NCBI GenBank assembly: GCA_035533455.1
Contig: DATLTT010000028.1
Span: 17,132-81,131 of the forward strand
DNA from: Acidimicrobiales bacterium
GTDB taxonomy: Bacteria > Actinomycetota > Acidimicrobiia > Acidimicrobiales > RAAP-2
DNA length: 64,000 bases
Direction: 5' to 3'
Shown: positions 23,385-33,261 of the stretch, piece after piece
Layout of the letters: each line of letters opens with the position of its first letter
Position numbering within the stretch: position 1 is the first letter of the stretch
Made by a program: the position numbers and the translations under genes
Notes under the pieces: generated by a model
Database searches by the model: none
What the model was told of the DNA's origin: nothing
What the model saw: only the letters and a program-made list of their open reading frames with translations

Positions 23385-24311
23385 GTGATCGTCCGTCCGC
23401 TCGAGCCGCGCGACGTTGACGCGGTCGTCGCCAGGGTGAAGGAACGTCTCGGTGACGACGCGCGTAGGAACCCTCTGTTGAGTCCCGACTTCTCGAGCGA
23501 GCATTTCTCTCGTGCCCTCGCTGACGCGAGGGACCAGACGTGGGTCGCCCTCGAAGGCGAACGCTTCGTGGGCCATCTCTACGGTGCTCTGCTCGAGAGT
23601 TCCGAGTACGGAAGGGGCGTCTGGATTGGCCCCGACGGTGTCTCGTTCGACGACACCGATCAGCTCGCCGCGCTCTATAGCGCGGCCGCTGACGCGTGGA
23701 TCGCCGAGGGAGCGCTCGAGCACTACGCGTGGATCTTCGACGACGTTGCCGACACCTCGTCGTGGTACGAGCTCGGTTTCGCGCGTATGCACGTTCGCGG
23801 CGTCTTGGATCTGAACGGGGAACGATCGCACCCGTTGCCACCGGGCTACACGATTCGTCGCGGCGGACCTGAGGACGCGCAACTCGCCCTTGACATCGAC
23901 GAGGTGCTCGATGAGGCGCAGCGACAAGGTCCGAGCTTTGCTGTCTCGTTCGAACGCGAGTCGCGCGCGCAGGAGCTACTCGAGGTGCTGGAAGACGACG
24001 AGGTCCATCACTACGTCGTCGAGCATTCGGGTACCGGCGTCGCCCAGTGTCTGACCTTCCCCCTCGAAGCGCGCCGCGGGTCCTTCGACCACACCCTGCA
24101 CGTCAGTGCCGTCGCGGTGAGACCCGAACACGCGCACCGTGGCGTCGCGCGAGCGCTCATCGATCACGCGCTGAACGACGCCGTCGCCGGAGGGTTTCGC
24201 CACGCCGAGACGAACTGGCGCGTCACCAATCGACGCGCCGGCAACTTCTGGGTTCGCTACGGCTTTCGTCCCACCTACGTGCGACTTCATCGCACGATTG
24301 GGGCGGGTTAG
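23385..24311 (+). CDS. tandem-GNAT acetyltransferase family protein
   Basis: 308 aa. The second half, VSAVAVRPEHAHRGVARALIDHALNDAVAGGFRHAETNW, is GNAT motif A. The first half is a degenerate GNAT-like fold. Confidence 0.65.
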   Translation: MIVRPLEPRDVDAVVARVKERLGDDARRNPLLSPDFSSEHFSRALADARDQTWVALEGERFVGHLYGALLESSEYGRGVWIGPDGVSFDDTDQLAALYSAAADAWIAEGALEHYAWIFDDVADTSSWYELGFARMHVRGVLDLNGERSHPLPPGYTIRRGGPEDAQLALDIDEVLDEAQRQGPSFAVSFERESRAQELLEVLEDDEVHHYVVEHSGTGVAQCLTFPLEARRGSFDHTLHVSAVAVRPEHAHRGVARALIDHALNDAVAGGFRHAETNWRVTNRRAGNFWVRYGFRPTYVRLHRTIGAG

Positions 24312-24790
24312 TTCAGCGCCGTCTCGATCGCGACGACGAGAGCAGGGTCTTCGGGCGTCACCTGAGGGGCGAAGCGCGTCACGCTGCCCTTGCGGTCGAC
24401 GAGGAACTTCTCGAAGTTCCATCGGACCTCTCCGGAGTAGCCCTCGGCGTCAGCCACCTTTTCGAGTTCGGCGTAGATTGGGCTGCGCGCGTCGCCGTTG
24501 ACGTCGATCTTCTCGAAGAGCGGAAAGGTCACGCCGTAGGTGGTCGAGCAAAAGGTCTGGATCTCCTCCGCACTCCCGGGTTCTTGCCCGGCGAACTGAT
24601 TGCAGGGAAAGCCGACCACGCTGAAGCCTTGGCCCTCGTACTTCTTCTGCAACGCTTCGAGACCTTCGTACTGTGGCGTGAGCCCACACTTCGAGGCGAC
24701 GTTGACGATGAGGATGGTTTCGCCCTCGAAGCCAGCCAAGGAACTTGACTCGCCCGCGAGGGTGTTCACGGGAATATCGTAAATGGTCAT
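24308..24790 (-). CDS. glutathione peroxidase family protein (Cys type)
   Basis: 160 aa. Sequence LIVNVASKCGLTPQYEGLEALQKKY...VVGFPCNQFAGQEPG... Confidence 0.95.
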   Translation of the reverse strand: MTIYDIPVNTLAGESSSLAGFEGETILIVNVASKCGLTPQYEGLEALQKKYEGQGFSVVGFPCNQFAGQEPGSAEEIQTFCSTTYGVTFPLFEKIDVNGDARSPIYAELEKVADAEGYSGEVRWNFEKFLVDRKGSVTRFAPQVTPEDPALVVAIETALN

Positions 24791-24842
24791 GACCAGACCC
24801 TAACGGCGATAGTCCGCCGAGCGCTCGACGTAGGCTCTTCGC

Positions 24843-25790
24843 GTGTGGGCCCTCACCATCGATGACAAGCGGCTCGAGGTCGTCGAGCGCGACACACCCG
24901 AACCCGGTCCCGACGACGTGCTCGTCGCGGTGCGCGCCGCGGGCATCAACGCGGCCGATCTCATGCAACGTGAAGGGCTGTACCCGGCGCCGCCCGGCTT
25001 TCCCGCGGACGTGCCGGGGATGGAACTCGCAGGGGTCGTCACCGCAGTGGGCGAGCGGGCGTCCGCGGCGTTGGTCGGTCGTCGAGTCTGCGCACTCGTC
25101 GGTGGGGGTGCCCAAGCCACCCACTGTGTGGTGGCCAGCGAACATCTGCTCTTCGTTCCCGACCACGTCAATTGGACGGAAGCGGGCGGCTTTCCCGAAG
25201 CCTTCACGACGGCCCACGATGCTCTCGTCACCCAGGGTCGTCTCCAAGCGGGAGAACGAGTCCTCATCTCGGGCGCCGCGGGGGGCGTCGGCGCCGCGGG
25301 CGTCCAGATCGCCCACGCGATCGGCGCGGACGTCGTTGCCGTCACTCGAAACGACGAGCATCACGTCGCCCTTCGTGCGCTCGGCGCCAACGAAACGGTC
25401 ACGATCGACGAGGTGGGTTCACTAGCGCCGGTCGACGTCGTGCTCGAACTGCTCGGATCCGTGAACCTGAGCGTGGCGCAGCGAATCCTCCGTCCCCACG
25501 CTCGCGCCGTGGTCATCGGCGTTGGCGCGGGAGCTCGCGTCGAGATCGATCTTCTCACCATGATGCGCGCGCGTTCCACACTTACCGGATCGACACTGCG
25601 CTCGCGTTCACGTGAAGAAAAGGCCACCGTCGCCCAACTCGTTCGCGAAGCGCTGGCGTCGCTCTGGGAACGGCGCGAGATCGCGGTACCCGTTGCGAAG
25701 ACCTTCGACCTGCGTGACGCCGGCCAAGCGTACGACTACTTCGGCCAACCCGGAAAGTTCGGCAAAGTCGTTCTGCTCGTGAACGATTGA
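24843..25790 (+). CDS. NADPH:quinone oxidoreductase / zeta-crystallin-like MDR
   Basis: 315 aa. Sequence VAVRAAGINAADLMQREGLYP...VLISGAAGGVGAAGVQIA... Confidence 0.85.
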   Translation: MWALTIDDKRLEVVERDTPEPGPDDVLVAVRAAGINAADLMQREGLYPAPPGFPADVPGMELAGVVTAVGERASAALVGRRVCALVGGGAQATHCVVASEHLLFVPDHVNWTEAGGFPEAFTTAHDALVTQGRLQAGERVLISGAAGGVGAAGVQIAHAIGADVVAVTRNDEHHVALRALGANETVTIDEVGSLAPVDVVLELLGSVNLSVAQRILRPHARAVVIGVGAGARVEIDLLTMMRARSTLTGSTLRSRSREEKATVAQLVREALASLWERREIAVPVAKTFDLRDAGQAYDYFGQPGKFGKVVLLVND

Positions 25791-25802
25791 GCCGCCCTGA
25801 AA

Positions 25803-25814
25803 CCACGATCGTGC
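25803..25814. promoter_or_regulatory. palindromic box CCACGATCGTGC, copy 1
   Basis: The exact 12-mer recurs at 25876. The core CACGATCGTG is a perfect 10-bp palindrome. Confidence 0.5.
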
Positions 25815-25875
25815 TCACGGGGTCGGTGCGATGGGACCATCGGCGTCGAGGCGCAGCGGCTGGCCCCGCTGCCAC

Positions 25876-25887
25876 CCACGATCGTGC
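25876..25887. promoter_or_regulatory. palindromic box CCACGATCGTGC, copy 2
   Basis: Identical to 25803-25814, 73 nt centre to centre, in the 163-nt gap upstream of the methyltransferase gene. Confidence 0.5.
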
Positions 25888-25953
25888 CAGCGCGGCGTCG
25901 ACGCGAGGTGTGAGGAGCGGTCGGTCGCCCCATCTCGAAGGTACTCTTCACCC

Positions 25954-26763
25954 ATGGAACCGCGCCTTGAATCGAACCGAGAGAATTGGGACGAACGCGT
26001 CGCGATCCATGCTCGTTCCAGGTTCTATGACGTCGACGGTTGGTTGCGTGACGCTCCGGGACCGGACGCCAACGAGCTGGAGGCGCTCGGGGACGTTGCC
26101 GGGAAGTCTCTTCTGCACCTGCAGTGCCACTTCGGCATGGACACGTTGCGATGGGCCCGAGCCGGCGCCCTCGTCACGGGCCTCGATTTCTCACCGTTGG
26201 CGGTCGACGAAGCCATCGCACTCGCCAGGCGCGCTGGATTAGCTGAATGTTCGTCCTTCGTCTGCGCCAACGTGTACGACGCGCCTCGGGCTCTTGCGGG
26301 CGAGCGCTTCGACGTCGTCTACGTGAACCTCGGGGCCCTCTGCTGGTTGCCGGACGTGGACGCTTGGGGTGAGGTCGTTTCGAGGTTGTTGAACCCCGGG
26401 GGCCAGCTCTACCTGCACGACGTGCACCCCTTCTCCTCGTGCTTCGACGACGACGGAGATCGACTCGTCTACGGATACTTCGAGGAGATCGATCGTCCCT
26501 ACGTCGACGACGGCGCGTTCACCTACACCGACGGGGAGGGACTCCGGTCCACCAGAACCTACGAGTGGAATCACTCCCTTGGCGAGGTTGTTTCGGCGTT
26601 GCGCGCTCGTGGTCTGGTCCTCGATTCACTGACGGAACACGACTGGACCGTCTTCCAGCAGTACCCGTGGTTGGTGGAGAGCACCACGGGTCACTTCGTC
26701 GTGCCCGAGGGGCGTCCCCGCGTTCCGCTCACGTTCACGGTTCTGGCGCACGCACCTTTTTAG
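25954..26763 (+). CDS. class I SAM-dependent methyltransferase
   Basis: Sequence MEPRLESNRENWDERVAIHARSRFYDV...LLHLQCHFGMDTLRWARAGALVTGLDFSPLAV, the SAM-binding motif I region. ATG at 25954. The track start at 25831 is over-extended. Confidence 0.8.
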   Translation: MEPRLESNRENWDERVAIHARSRFYDVDGWLRDAPGPDANELEALGDVAGKSLLHLQCHFGMDTLRWARAGALVTGLDFSPLAVDEAIALARRAGLAECSSFVCANVYDAPRALAGERFDVVYVNLGALCWLPDVDAWGEVVSRLLNPGGQLYLHDVHPFSSCFDDDGDRLVYGYFEEIDRPYVDDGAFTYTDGEGLRSTRTYEWNHSLGEVVSALRARGLVLDSLTEHDWTVFQQYPWLVESTTGHFVVPEGRPRVPLTFTVLAHAPF

Positions 26764-26897
26764 TCGCAGCGACGAAAGAAGCAGGGCGGTCCACGCGGAG
26801 CACGTCTCCACGTCGAATGGCCTCACTTCGACGCGCTCGAGCACCATCACCTCGCCGGGCTGAGCCCTCACTTTGGGCGTCACGTTAAGTTGGCGAC

Positions 26898-27113
26898 GTG
26901 CCCAACACGCCGCGCCCACACGTTTCTCGCTGCGATCCCAGTCGAGAGGACTACCGGGCCATACTGGACGCGCACGAGGAAGCCGTCACTCTGGGCCAGC
27001 CGAGTTATCGTGACCCCTCGACGGGTCTCACCGTCTTAACGGTCGCGACGCATATCGCGCGTGGCACGTGTTGCGAAAGCGGTTGTCGTCACTGCCCCTA
27101 CCTAGAGGAGTGA
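26898..27113 (+). CDS. DUF5522-type small Cys-cluster protein
   Basis: 71 aa ending in HIARGTCCESGCRHCPY. I recognise this C-terminal CCxxGCRHCPY signature from the DUF5522 family. Confidence 0.6.
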   Translation: MPNTPRPHVSRCDPSREDYRAILDAHEEAVTLGQPSYRDPSTGLTVLTVATHIARGTCCESGCRHCPYLEE

Positions 27114-28220
27114 GCGAAGTGGCGTGAAGTCACGTCCTAACGCCTCCGCGACCGGGCCGTACGTCACCTTGCCGTTCACGACGTTGACCCCTTCGGCGAG
27201 GGTGTCGTCGGCGACCACTGCTTCACGCCAGCCGTAACGAGCGAGTTCGAGGACGTAGGGCAACGTCGCGTTCGAGAGCGACTTCGTCGACGTCGCCGGC
27301 ACGGCGCCGGGCATGTTGGCCACGCAGTAGAAGATCGATCCGTTGACCTCAAAGGTCGGATCAGAGTGCGTGGTGGGACGCGTTGCTTCGAAGCAGCCAC
27401 CCTGGTCGACCGAGATGTCGACCAACACCGAACCGTCACGCATCCGAGCGACGAGATCGTTGCTCACCAACTTCGGCGCCTTCGCGCCCACGACGAGGAC
27501 GGCCCCGATGACGATGTCGGCGTCGAGACATGCTTCCTCGATGGCGAGCGTCGACGACGCGATCGTCTCCACCCGACCGTCGAAGTGGATGTCCACTTGA
27601 CGGAGTCGCTCGAGGTTGCGGTCGAGTATCTTTACGTTCGCGTGCAGCCCCACGGCCATCGTCGCCGCGGCGAGTCCCGAAACGCCCGCGCCGATGACGA
27701 CCACGTTGGCCGGGACCACGCCGGGTACGCCCGAGATCAGCGTGCCGTGTCCACCACCGGGCCTCATGAGGTGGTGCGCGCCCATCAGCGGCGCCATGCG
27801 TCCGGCGACCTCACTCATGGGCGTGAGGAGGGGCAGCGAGTTGTCACGCAGACGAACGGTTTCGTACGCGATCGCGACGTTGTTGGCCGCGACCAACGCG
27901 TCGGTGCACTCCTTCGACGCCGCCAAGTGCAGGTAGGTGAAGAGGACTTGATGGCGGTGGGCCGCGAGACGCTGGTACTCCGCGGCGACGGGTTCTTTGA
28001 CCTTGAGGAGCAACTCACTCTCGGCCCAGACGTCGTCAGCACTTTCGACAATGGTGGCCCCGTTCGCGACGTAGCTCGCGTCCGCAATGGATGAACCAAC
28101 GCCGGCGCCGCGTTCGATGAGGACGCGGTGTCCCGCGCCCGTGAGCTCTCGAGCACCCGCTGGCGTCAACGCCACGCGGTACTCGTCGGTCTTAATCTCT
28201 TTGGCTACGCCGATGATCAT
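27102..28220 (-). CDS. ald: alanine dehydrogenase
   Basis: 372 aa. Sequence MIIGVAKEIKTDEYRVALTPAGAREL...VVVIGAGVSGLAAA...VDISVDQGGCFE... Confidence 0.95.
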   Translation of the reverse strand: MIIGVAKEIKTDEYRVALTPAGARELTGAGHRVLIERGAGVGSSIADASYVANGATIVESADDVWAESELLLKVKEPVAAEYQRLAAHRHQVLFTYLHLAASKECTDALVAANNVAIAYETVRLRDNSLPLLTPMSEVAGRMAPLMGAHHLMRPGGGHGTLISGVPGVVPANVVVIGAGVSGLAAATMAVGLHANVKILDRNLERLRQVDIHFDGRVETIASSTLAIEEACLDADIVIGAVLVVGAKAPKLVSNDLVARMRDGSVLVDISVDQGGCFEATRPTTHSDPTFEVNGSIFYCVANMPGAVPATSTKSLSNATLPYVLELARYGWREAVVADDTLAEGVNVVNGKVTYGPVAEALGRDFTPLRSLL

Positions 28221-28296
28221 CGTTGATCACTCTTTCACTCTTGCTGGCCCTTGTCACGCTAACAACTGGGCGCGTCGCGCACCGACGCGGGTGACG

Positions 28297-29724
28297 CTAG
28301 AACTCGAGGTTGTGCATCACGTGCTTTATTCGGGTGTAGTCCTCGAAGCCGTAGATCGAGAGGTCCTTGCCGTACCCCGACTTCTTGAAGCCGCCGTGGG
28401 GCATCTCGGCCACGAGGGGAATGTGCGTGTTGACCCACACGCAGCCGAAGTCCAGGTCACGCGCGAAGCGAAGCGCGCGTCCGTGGTCCCTCGTCCACAC
28501 CGACGACGCCAATCCGTAGTCCACGCCGTTCGCCCACGAAAGCGCCTCGGCTTCGTCAGAGAACTTCTGCACGGTGATGACCGGACCGAAGATCTCGTTC
28601 TGGATCATCTCGTCGTCTTGCCGCAGGCCGGCGACCACCGTCGGCGCGATGAAGAATCCGTCGGTGCCCACCTGGGACCCACCCGCCATCACGGACGCGT
28701 GCTTTGGCGTACGCCCCAAGATGCCGGTCACCCGCTCGAACTGCGCACGATTGTTGACGGGGCCAAACAGGGCCTCGTCGTTCTCCGGCGGACCGATCAC
28801 GGTGTTCGTCGCCTGTTCGGCCAACGCGTCGACGAAGTCACCGTAGACCTTGTCGCCAGCCAGGACCCGCGTCGCCGCCGTGCAGTCTTGACCGGCGTTG
28901 AAGTAGCCAGCGATGGCTATGGCTTCGACGGCCGACGACAGATCGACGTCGTCAAAGACCACCACCGGCGCCTTGCCGCCGAGTTCGAGGTGCACGCGCT
29001 TGAGATTCTTCGCCGCCGAGCCCGCGACCTCCATGCCGGCGCGGACCGAACCAGTGATGGAGACCATCGCCGGTACCGGGTGCTCGACGAGCGCTCGACC
29101 CGTGTCACGATCACCGCACACCACCCCGAAGACGCCTTCGGGCAGTACCTCAGCCATGAGTTTCGCCATGAACAGCGTCGACGCGGGCGTGGAGTCACCG
29201 GGCTTTAAGACCATGGTGTTGCCGGCGGCGATGGCCGGCGCCCACTTCCACACCGCCATCATCATTGGATAGTTCCACGGCGTCACCGCAGCGCACACGC
29301 CTACGGGTTCGCGACGTACGTAGCTCGTCATTCCTTCCATGTACTCGGCGGCACCCCGTCCTTCCAACAGCCGCGCGGCCCCCGCGAAGAACCGGATCTG
29401 GTCGATCATCGGCGGCACTTCTTCACTCATCGTGAGTGCGATGATCTTGCCCGTGTTCTCCGTTTCGATAGCAACGAGCTCCTCGGCGTTGGCTTCGAGG
29501 AGATCGGCGATCTTCAAGAGGGCCAGCGAGCGTTGCGACGGGGTCGTGCGCTTCCACGAGACGAAGGCCTTCGCGGCGACCTGGACCGCGTGGTCGACGT
29601 CACTTCCGTCCGACACGGGCATCTCGGCGAACGGCAGACCGGTGACGGGACTTATCAACTCCACGTACTTCCCGCTCTTTGGCGCGAGCGATTCGCCCCC
29701 GATGAAGTTGGCTAGACGATGCAT
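28297..29724 (-). CDS. aminoaldehyde (gamma-aminobutyraldehyde/betaine-aldehyde type) dehydrogenase
   Basis: Sequence [11 protein letters not shown]...VTPWNYP...HLELGGKAP...[12 protein letters not shown]...[16 protein letters not shown] at 29724. Confidence 0.85.
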   Translation of the reverse strand: MHRLANFIGGESLAPKSGKYVELISPVTGLPFAEMPVSDGSDVDHAVQVAAKAFVSWKRTTPSQRSLALLKIADLLEANAEELVAIETENTGKIIALTMSEEVPPMIDQIRFFAGAARLLEGRGAAEYMEGMTSYVRREPVGVCAAVTPWNYPMMMAVWKWAPAIAAGNTMVLKPGDSTPASTLFMAKLMAEVLPEGVFGVVCGDRDTGRALVEHPVPAMVSITGSVRAGMEVAGSAAKNLKRVHLELGGKAPVVVFDDVDLSSAVEAIAIAGYFNAGQDCTAATRVLAGDKVYGDFVDALAEQATNTVIGPPENDEALFGPVNNRAQFERVTGILGRTPKHASVMAGGSQVGTDGFFIAPTVVAGLRQDDEMIQNEIFGPVITVQKFSDEAEALSWANGVDYGLASSVWTRDHGRALRFARDLDFGCVWVNTHIPLVAEMPHGGFKKSGYGKDLSIYGFEDYTRIKHVMHNLEF

Positions 29725-29918
29725 ACACCCTCCTAAAATGAGGCTGTTCTCCAACAGCGCCCCACGCCACTCTGCCAGAGTTTGCTTGAGCTTCGCAACA
29801 ACAAACTATGGAAAAGGTCACCCGAAGCACATATGACGACGCAATCCGTCGTGATTCTCCCCTATACTGTCCATATCCGCAGTCCGGGGCCGCTAAAGCC
29901 AGGGACCGGGAGCAACCG

Positions 29919-30443
29919 ATGCCAGGACCCAAACCACAGCGACAGAGTCAAGCGAACGGTGATCGTTCGAACATTGAGCTCATCAACAGTGCGCCGGGGG
30001 TCCTTGACGCACCCGATCGCAAGATCATCAGTCTCTTGCAACAAGACGGCCGACGCGCCTACGGCGCGATCGCCGAAGAGATCGGACTCTCCGAGGCCGC
30101 CGTGCGTCGTCGCGTGCAGCGTCTGAAGGACTCGGGCGTGATGCAGATCGTGGCGATCACCGATCCCTTGCAACTCGGCTACGGCCGCGAAGCGCTGATC
30201 GGTATTCGCGTGCACGGCGACGTGCGCCTCGTGGCGGACAAGATCGCGGCGATCGACGAGGCGAACTACGTCGTTATGACCGCGGGCAGCTTTGACATCA
30301 TCGCCGAGGTCATCGCTGAAGACGACAACGACCTGGTGCACCTCTTGAATGACTCGATCCGCTCCATCCCTGGGGTGACCGAGGTCGAGACTTTTTTGTA
30401 TTTGAAACTAGCGAAGCAGACCTACGCATGGGGGACAAAGTGA
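29919..30443 (+). CDS. Lrp/AsnC family transcriptional regulator
   Basis: Sequence LDAPDRKIISLLQQDGRRAYGAIAEEIGLSEAAVRRRVQRLKDSGVMQIVAITDP..., an HTH plus RAM domain. ATG at 29919 with GGGAG 7 nt upstream. It is divergent from the aldehyde dehydrogenase-ald operon. Confidence 0.9.
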   Translation: MPGPKPQRQSQANGDRSNIELINSAPGVLDAPDRKIISLLQQDGRRAYGAIAEEIGLSEAAVRRRVQRLKDSGVMQIVAITDPLQLGYGREALIGIRVHGDVRLVADKIAAIDEANYVVMTAGSFDIIAEVIAEDDNDLVHLLNDSIRSIPGVTEVETFLYLKLAKQTYAWGTK

Positions 30444-31861
30444 CACTTCACGAGGCCATTACCGACGGGATCACGGTGACTGACGAGAAACACGCCAGTC
30501 ATCGATACTCCGAACGCGCGCGAAGCAACCTCTGGATGCACATGTCGCGCATGGGGGCTTACAACGACCTCCACGAGGTCCCGATCATGGTGCGCGGAGA
30601 GGGTACGCGCGTCTACGACGCGAACGGCACCGAGTACTTCGACGGACTCTCGGGGCTCTTCACCAACGCACTCGGTCACGGACGCCGTGACATTGGCGAG
30701 GCCGCGGCGAAGCAGATGAGCGAGTTGGCGTTCTTCCCAATCTGGACCTACGCCCACCCGAGAGCGATCGAACTGGCCGAACGCTTGGCGAGTCTCTCGC
30801 CCGGTGACCTCAATCGCGTCTTCTTCACTACCGGCGGCGCTGAAGCGAACGAGAGTGCGTGGAAGCTAGCTCGTCAGTACCACAAGATGCGTGGCGACCT
30901 CGATCGCTACAAGGTCATCAGCCGCGACGTCGCCTACCACGGCACGACGCTCGGAGCGCTCACGATCACGTCGCTCGAGTCCTACCGCACGCCCTTCGAA
31001 CCGCTCGTGCCGGGCGCCGTCAAGGTCCCGGCCGTCAACTTCTACCGAGCCGAACAACACGGCGATGACTTCGAGGCCTTCGGCCTCTGGCAGGCCCACC
31101 AGATCGAAGAGGCCATACTGCGCGAGGGTCCCGAGACCATCGCCGCGGTCTTCCTCGAGCCCGTCCAGAACGCCGGCGGCTGTTTCGCGCCGCCCCTGAG
31201 TTACTGGAAAGAGGTCCGCGAGATCTGTGACCGCTACGGCGTGTTGCTCGTCTCGGACGAAGTGATCTGTGCCTTCGGACGCATCGGCACGTGGTTCGGT
31301 GGTCAGAAGTACGACTACGTCCCCGACGTCATCACCTGCGCGAAGGGCATCACCGCCGGGTACGCCCCGCTCGGCGCGATGATCGTCTCGGACCGCATCG
31401 CCGAACCCTTCATGCACGACGACGTAGCCTTCCTGCACGGGTTCACCTGGGCCGGTCACCCGGCGTCGTGTGCCGTGTCACTGAAGGTTCTCGAGATCTT
31501 AGAGAACGAAAAGGTCCTGGAGAACGTTCGCGCCAATCAGGACTACTTCCACCAGAGTCTCGAATCCCTGAAGGACATCCCCATCGTCGGCGACGTGCGC
31601 GGTACGGGTTACTTCTGGGGCATTGAACTAGTGAAGGATCAAGGTACCAAGGAGACGTGGGTCGGCGACGACGCGGAACGCCTCTTGCGAGGCTACGTGT
31701 CGCCGGAGATGTTCCGGCGGGGACTCATCTGTCGCTCGGACGACCGGGGCGACCCCGTCGTGCAGCTCGCACCTCCGTTGATCTCGACTCGCGACGACAT
31801 CGACTTCATGGCCGGGGTCTTGCGTGAGGTCTTCACCGGAGCGTCCAAGCTCAACATCTAG
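30428..31861 (+). CDS. class III (omega-amine:pyruvate type) aminotransferase
   Basis: 477 aa. Sequence FFTTGGAEANESAWKLARQY...LVSDEVICAFGRIGTWFG...DVITCAKGITAGY, with the PLP lysine. Confidence 0.85.
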   Translation: MGDKVTLHEAITDGITVTDEKHASHRYSERARSNLWMHMSRMGAYNDLHEVPIMVRGEGTRVYDANGTEYFDGLSGLFTNALGHGRRDIGEAAAKQMSELAFFPIWTYAHPRAIELAERLASLSPGDLNRVFFTTGGAEANESAWKLARQYHKMRGDLDRYKVISRDVAYHGTTLGALTITSLESYRTPFEPLVPGAVKVPAVNFYRAEQHGDDFEAFGLWQAHQIEEAILREGPETIAAVFLEPVQNAGGCFAPPLSYWKEVREICDRYGVLLVSDEVICAFGRIGTWFGGQKYDYVPDVITCAKGITAGYAPLGAMIVSDRIAEPFMHDDVAFLHGFTWAGHPASCAVSLKVLEILENEKVLENVRANQDYFHQSLESLKDIPIVGDVRGTGYFWGIELVKDQGTKETWVGDDAERLLRGYVSPEMFRRGLICRSDDRGDPVVQLAPPLISTRDDIDFMAGVLREVFTGASKLNI

Positions 31862-33261
31862 TGCGACCACCGGACTCCCTGTGGTGGTCGACGCTCGACG
31901 AAGCGGTGACGCCTCGAGCGCCCCTTCGTGAACACCTCGACGTTGACGTCGCCGTCGTGGGCGGCGGTTTCACCGGCCTGTGGACCGCGCGCGAACTGAA
32001 GCGCCGTGACGCCTCGCTGCGCGTGGCCGTCCTCGAAAAGTCCGTCTGCGGCTTTGGGGCTTCGGGTCGAAACGGCGGCTGGGCGTCCGCGCTCTATCCC
32101 TTGAGTGACGACGCCGTCATCGCTCGCCATGGACGTGGGGCCTTCGACCGCTTACGCGTTCAGCTCCAAGGGGCCGTTCGTTCTCTCGGCGCGTCGATCA
32201 CGGCTGACGGCATCGACGCCCACTTCGTGCAAGGGGGCTCGCTGCACTTCGCTCGTAGCGAGGTGCAAGCCACGCGACTACGCCGCAGTGTGGCGGCCGC
32301 TCACGAACGCGGCTACGGGCCCGACGACCTCGCGTGGCTCGACGAGGGCGCGGCACGAGAGCGCGGAACGCTGAGCGACGTGCTCGGCGCCACGTACACG
32401 CCCCACTGCGCGCGAATCAACCCCGCGCGACTGGTACGAGGGCTGGCCGAAGTGGACGAGCGACTCGGGGTCACCATCTTCGAGAACACGACCGTCGCGC
32501 GAATCCTCGGCGGCCGCGACGGCGCTCTCGCCGAAGTCGTCACCGCCCAAGCCAGCGTGCACGCACGCTTCGTGGTTCGAGCGACCGAGGGCTTCACCTC
32601 GACGCTGCCCGGCGAACGACGGAGCGTGGCGCCGATCTACTCACTCATGATCGCTACCGAACCCCAAAGCGCTTCGTTCTGGGACGAGATGGGCTTCGCT
32701 CACTACGAGACGTTCGCCGACGACCGTCACCTCATCATCTACGGCCAACGCACCAACGACGACCGTGTGGCCTTTGGTGGACGCGGTGCCCCGTACCACT
32801 TCGCCTCAACGGTGGAAGAGCGTTTCGATCAGAACCCCAAGGTGTTCACTCTCCTCGAAGCGACGCTTCGCGAACTCTTTCCTTCTATGACGGGCGGCGT
32901 CACGCATCGCTGGGGTGGGCCGTTGGCGATGCCGCGCGACCTCTCACCTTCGGTACTCGTCGACTACACGACGGGACTCGCGAGTGCCGGCGGGTACACC
33001 GGCGACGGCGTGGTCATGAGTTACCTCGCCGCGAACAGCCTCGCCGATCTCATCAGTGCGCCCGACACCGAGACGTCGTTCACCACCCTGCCCTTCGTGC
33101 AACACCGGAGCAAGCGCTGGGAAGTGGAACCGCTGCGCTGGACCGGTATCAACGTGGGCCTCGGGCTGGCCGCCTGGGCGGACCGGGTCGAACGACGAAA
33201 GAACCAGGAGAGTCGCGCCAGTCACTGGCTCGATCGACTCTTCAATCAGTTTCCGCCCTAG
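31861..33261 (+). CDS. FAD-dependent oxidoreductase (DAO family, gamma-glutamylputrescine-oxidase-like)
   Basis: 466 aa. Sequence DVAVVGGGFTGLWTARELKRR, a dinucleotide-binding GxGxxG. Its GTG overlaps the upstream TAG by 1 nt. Confidence 0.8.
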   Translation: MRPPDSLWWSTLDEAVTPRAPLREHLDVDVAVVGGGFTGLWTARELKRRDASLRVAVLEKSVCGFGASGRNGGWASALYPLSDDAVIARHGRGAFDRLRVQLQGAVRSLGASITADGIDAHFVQGGSLHFARSEVQATRLRRSVAAAHERGYGPDDLAWLDEGAARERGTLSDVLGATYTPHCARINPARLVRGLAEVDERLGVTIFENTTVARILGGRDGALAEVVTAQASVHARFVVRATEGFTSTLPGERRSVAPIYSLMIATEPQSASFWDEMGFAHYETFADDRHLIIYGQRTNDDRVAFGGRGAPYHFASTVEERFDQNPKVFTLLEATLRELFPSMTGGVTHRWGGPLAMPRDLSPSVLVDYTTGLASAGGYTGDGVVMSYLAANSLADLISAPDTETSFTTLPFVQHRSKRWEVEPLRWTGINVGLGLAAWADRVERRKNQESRASHWLDRLFNQFPP

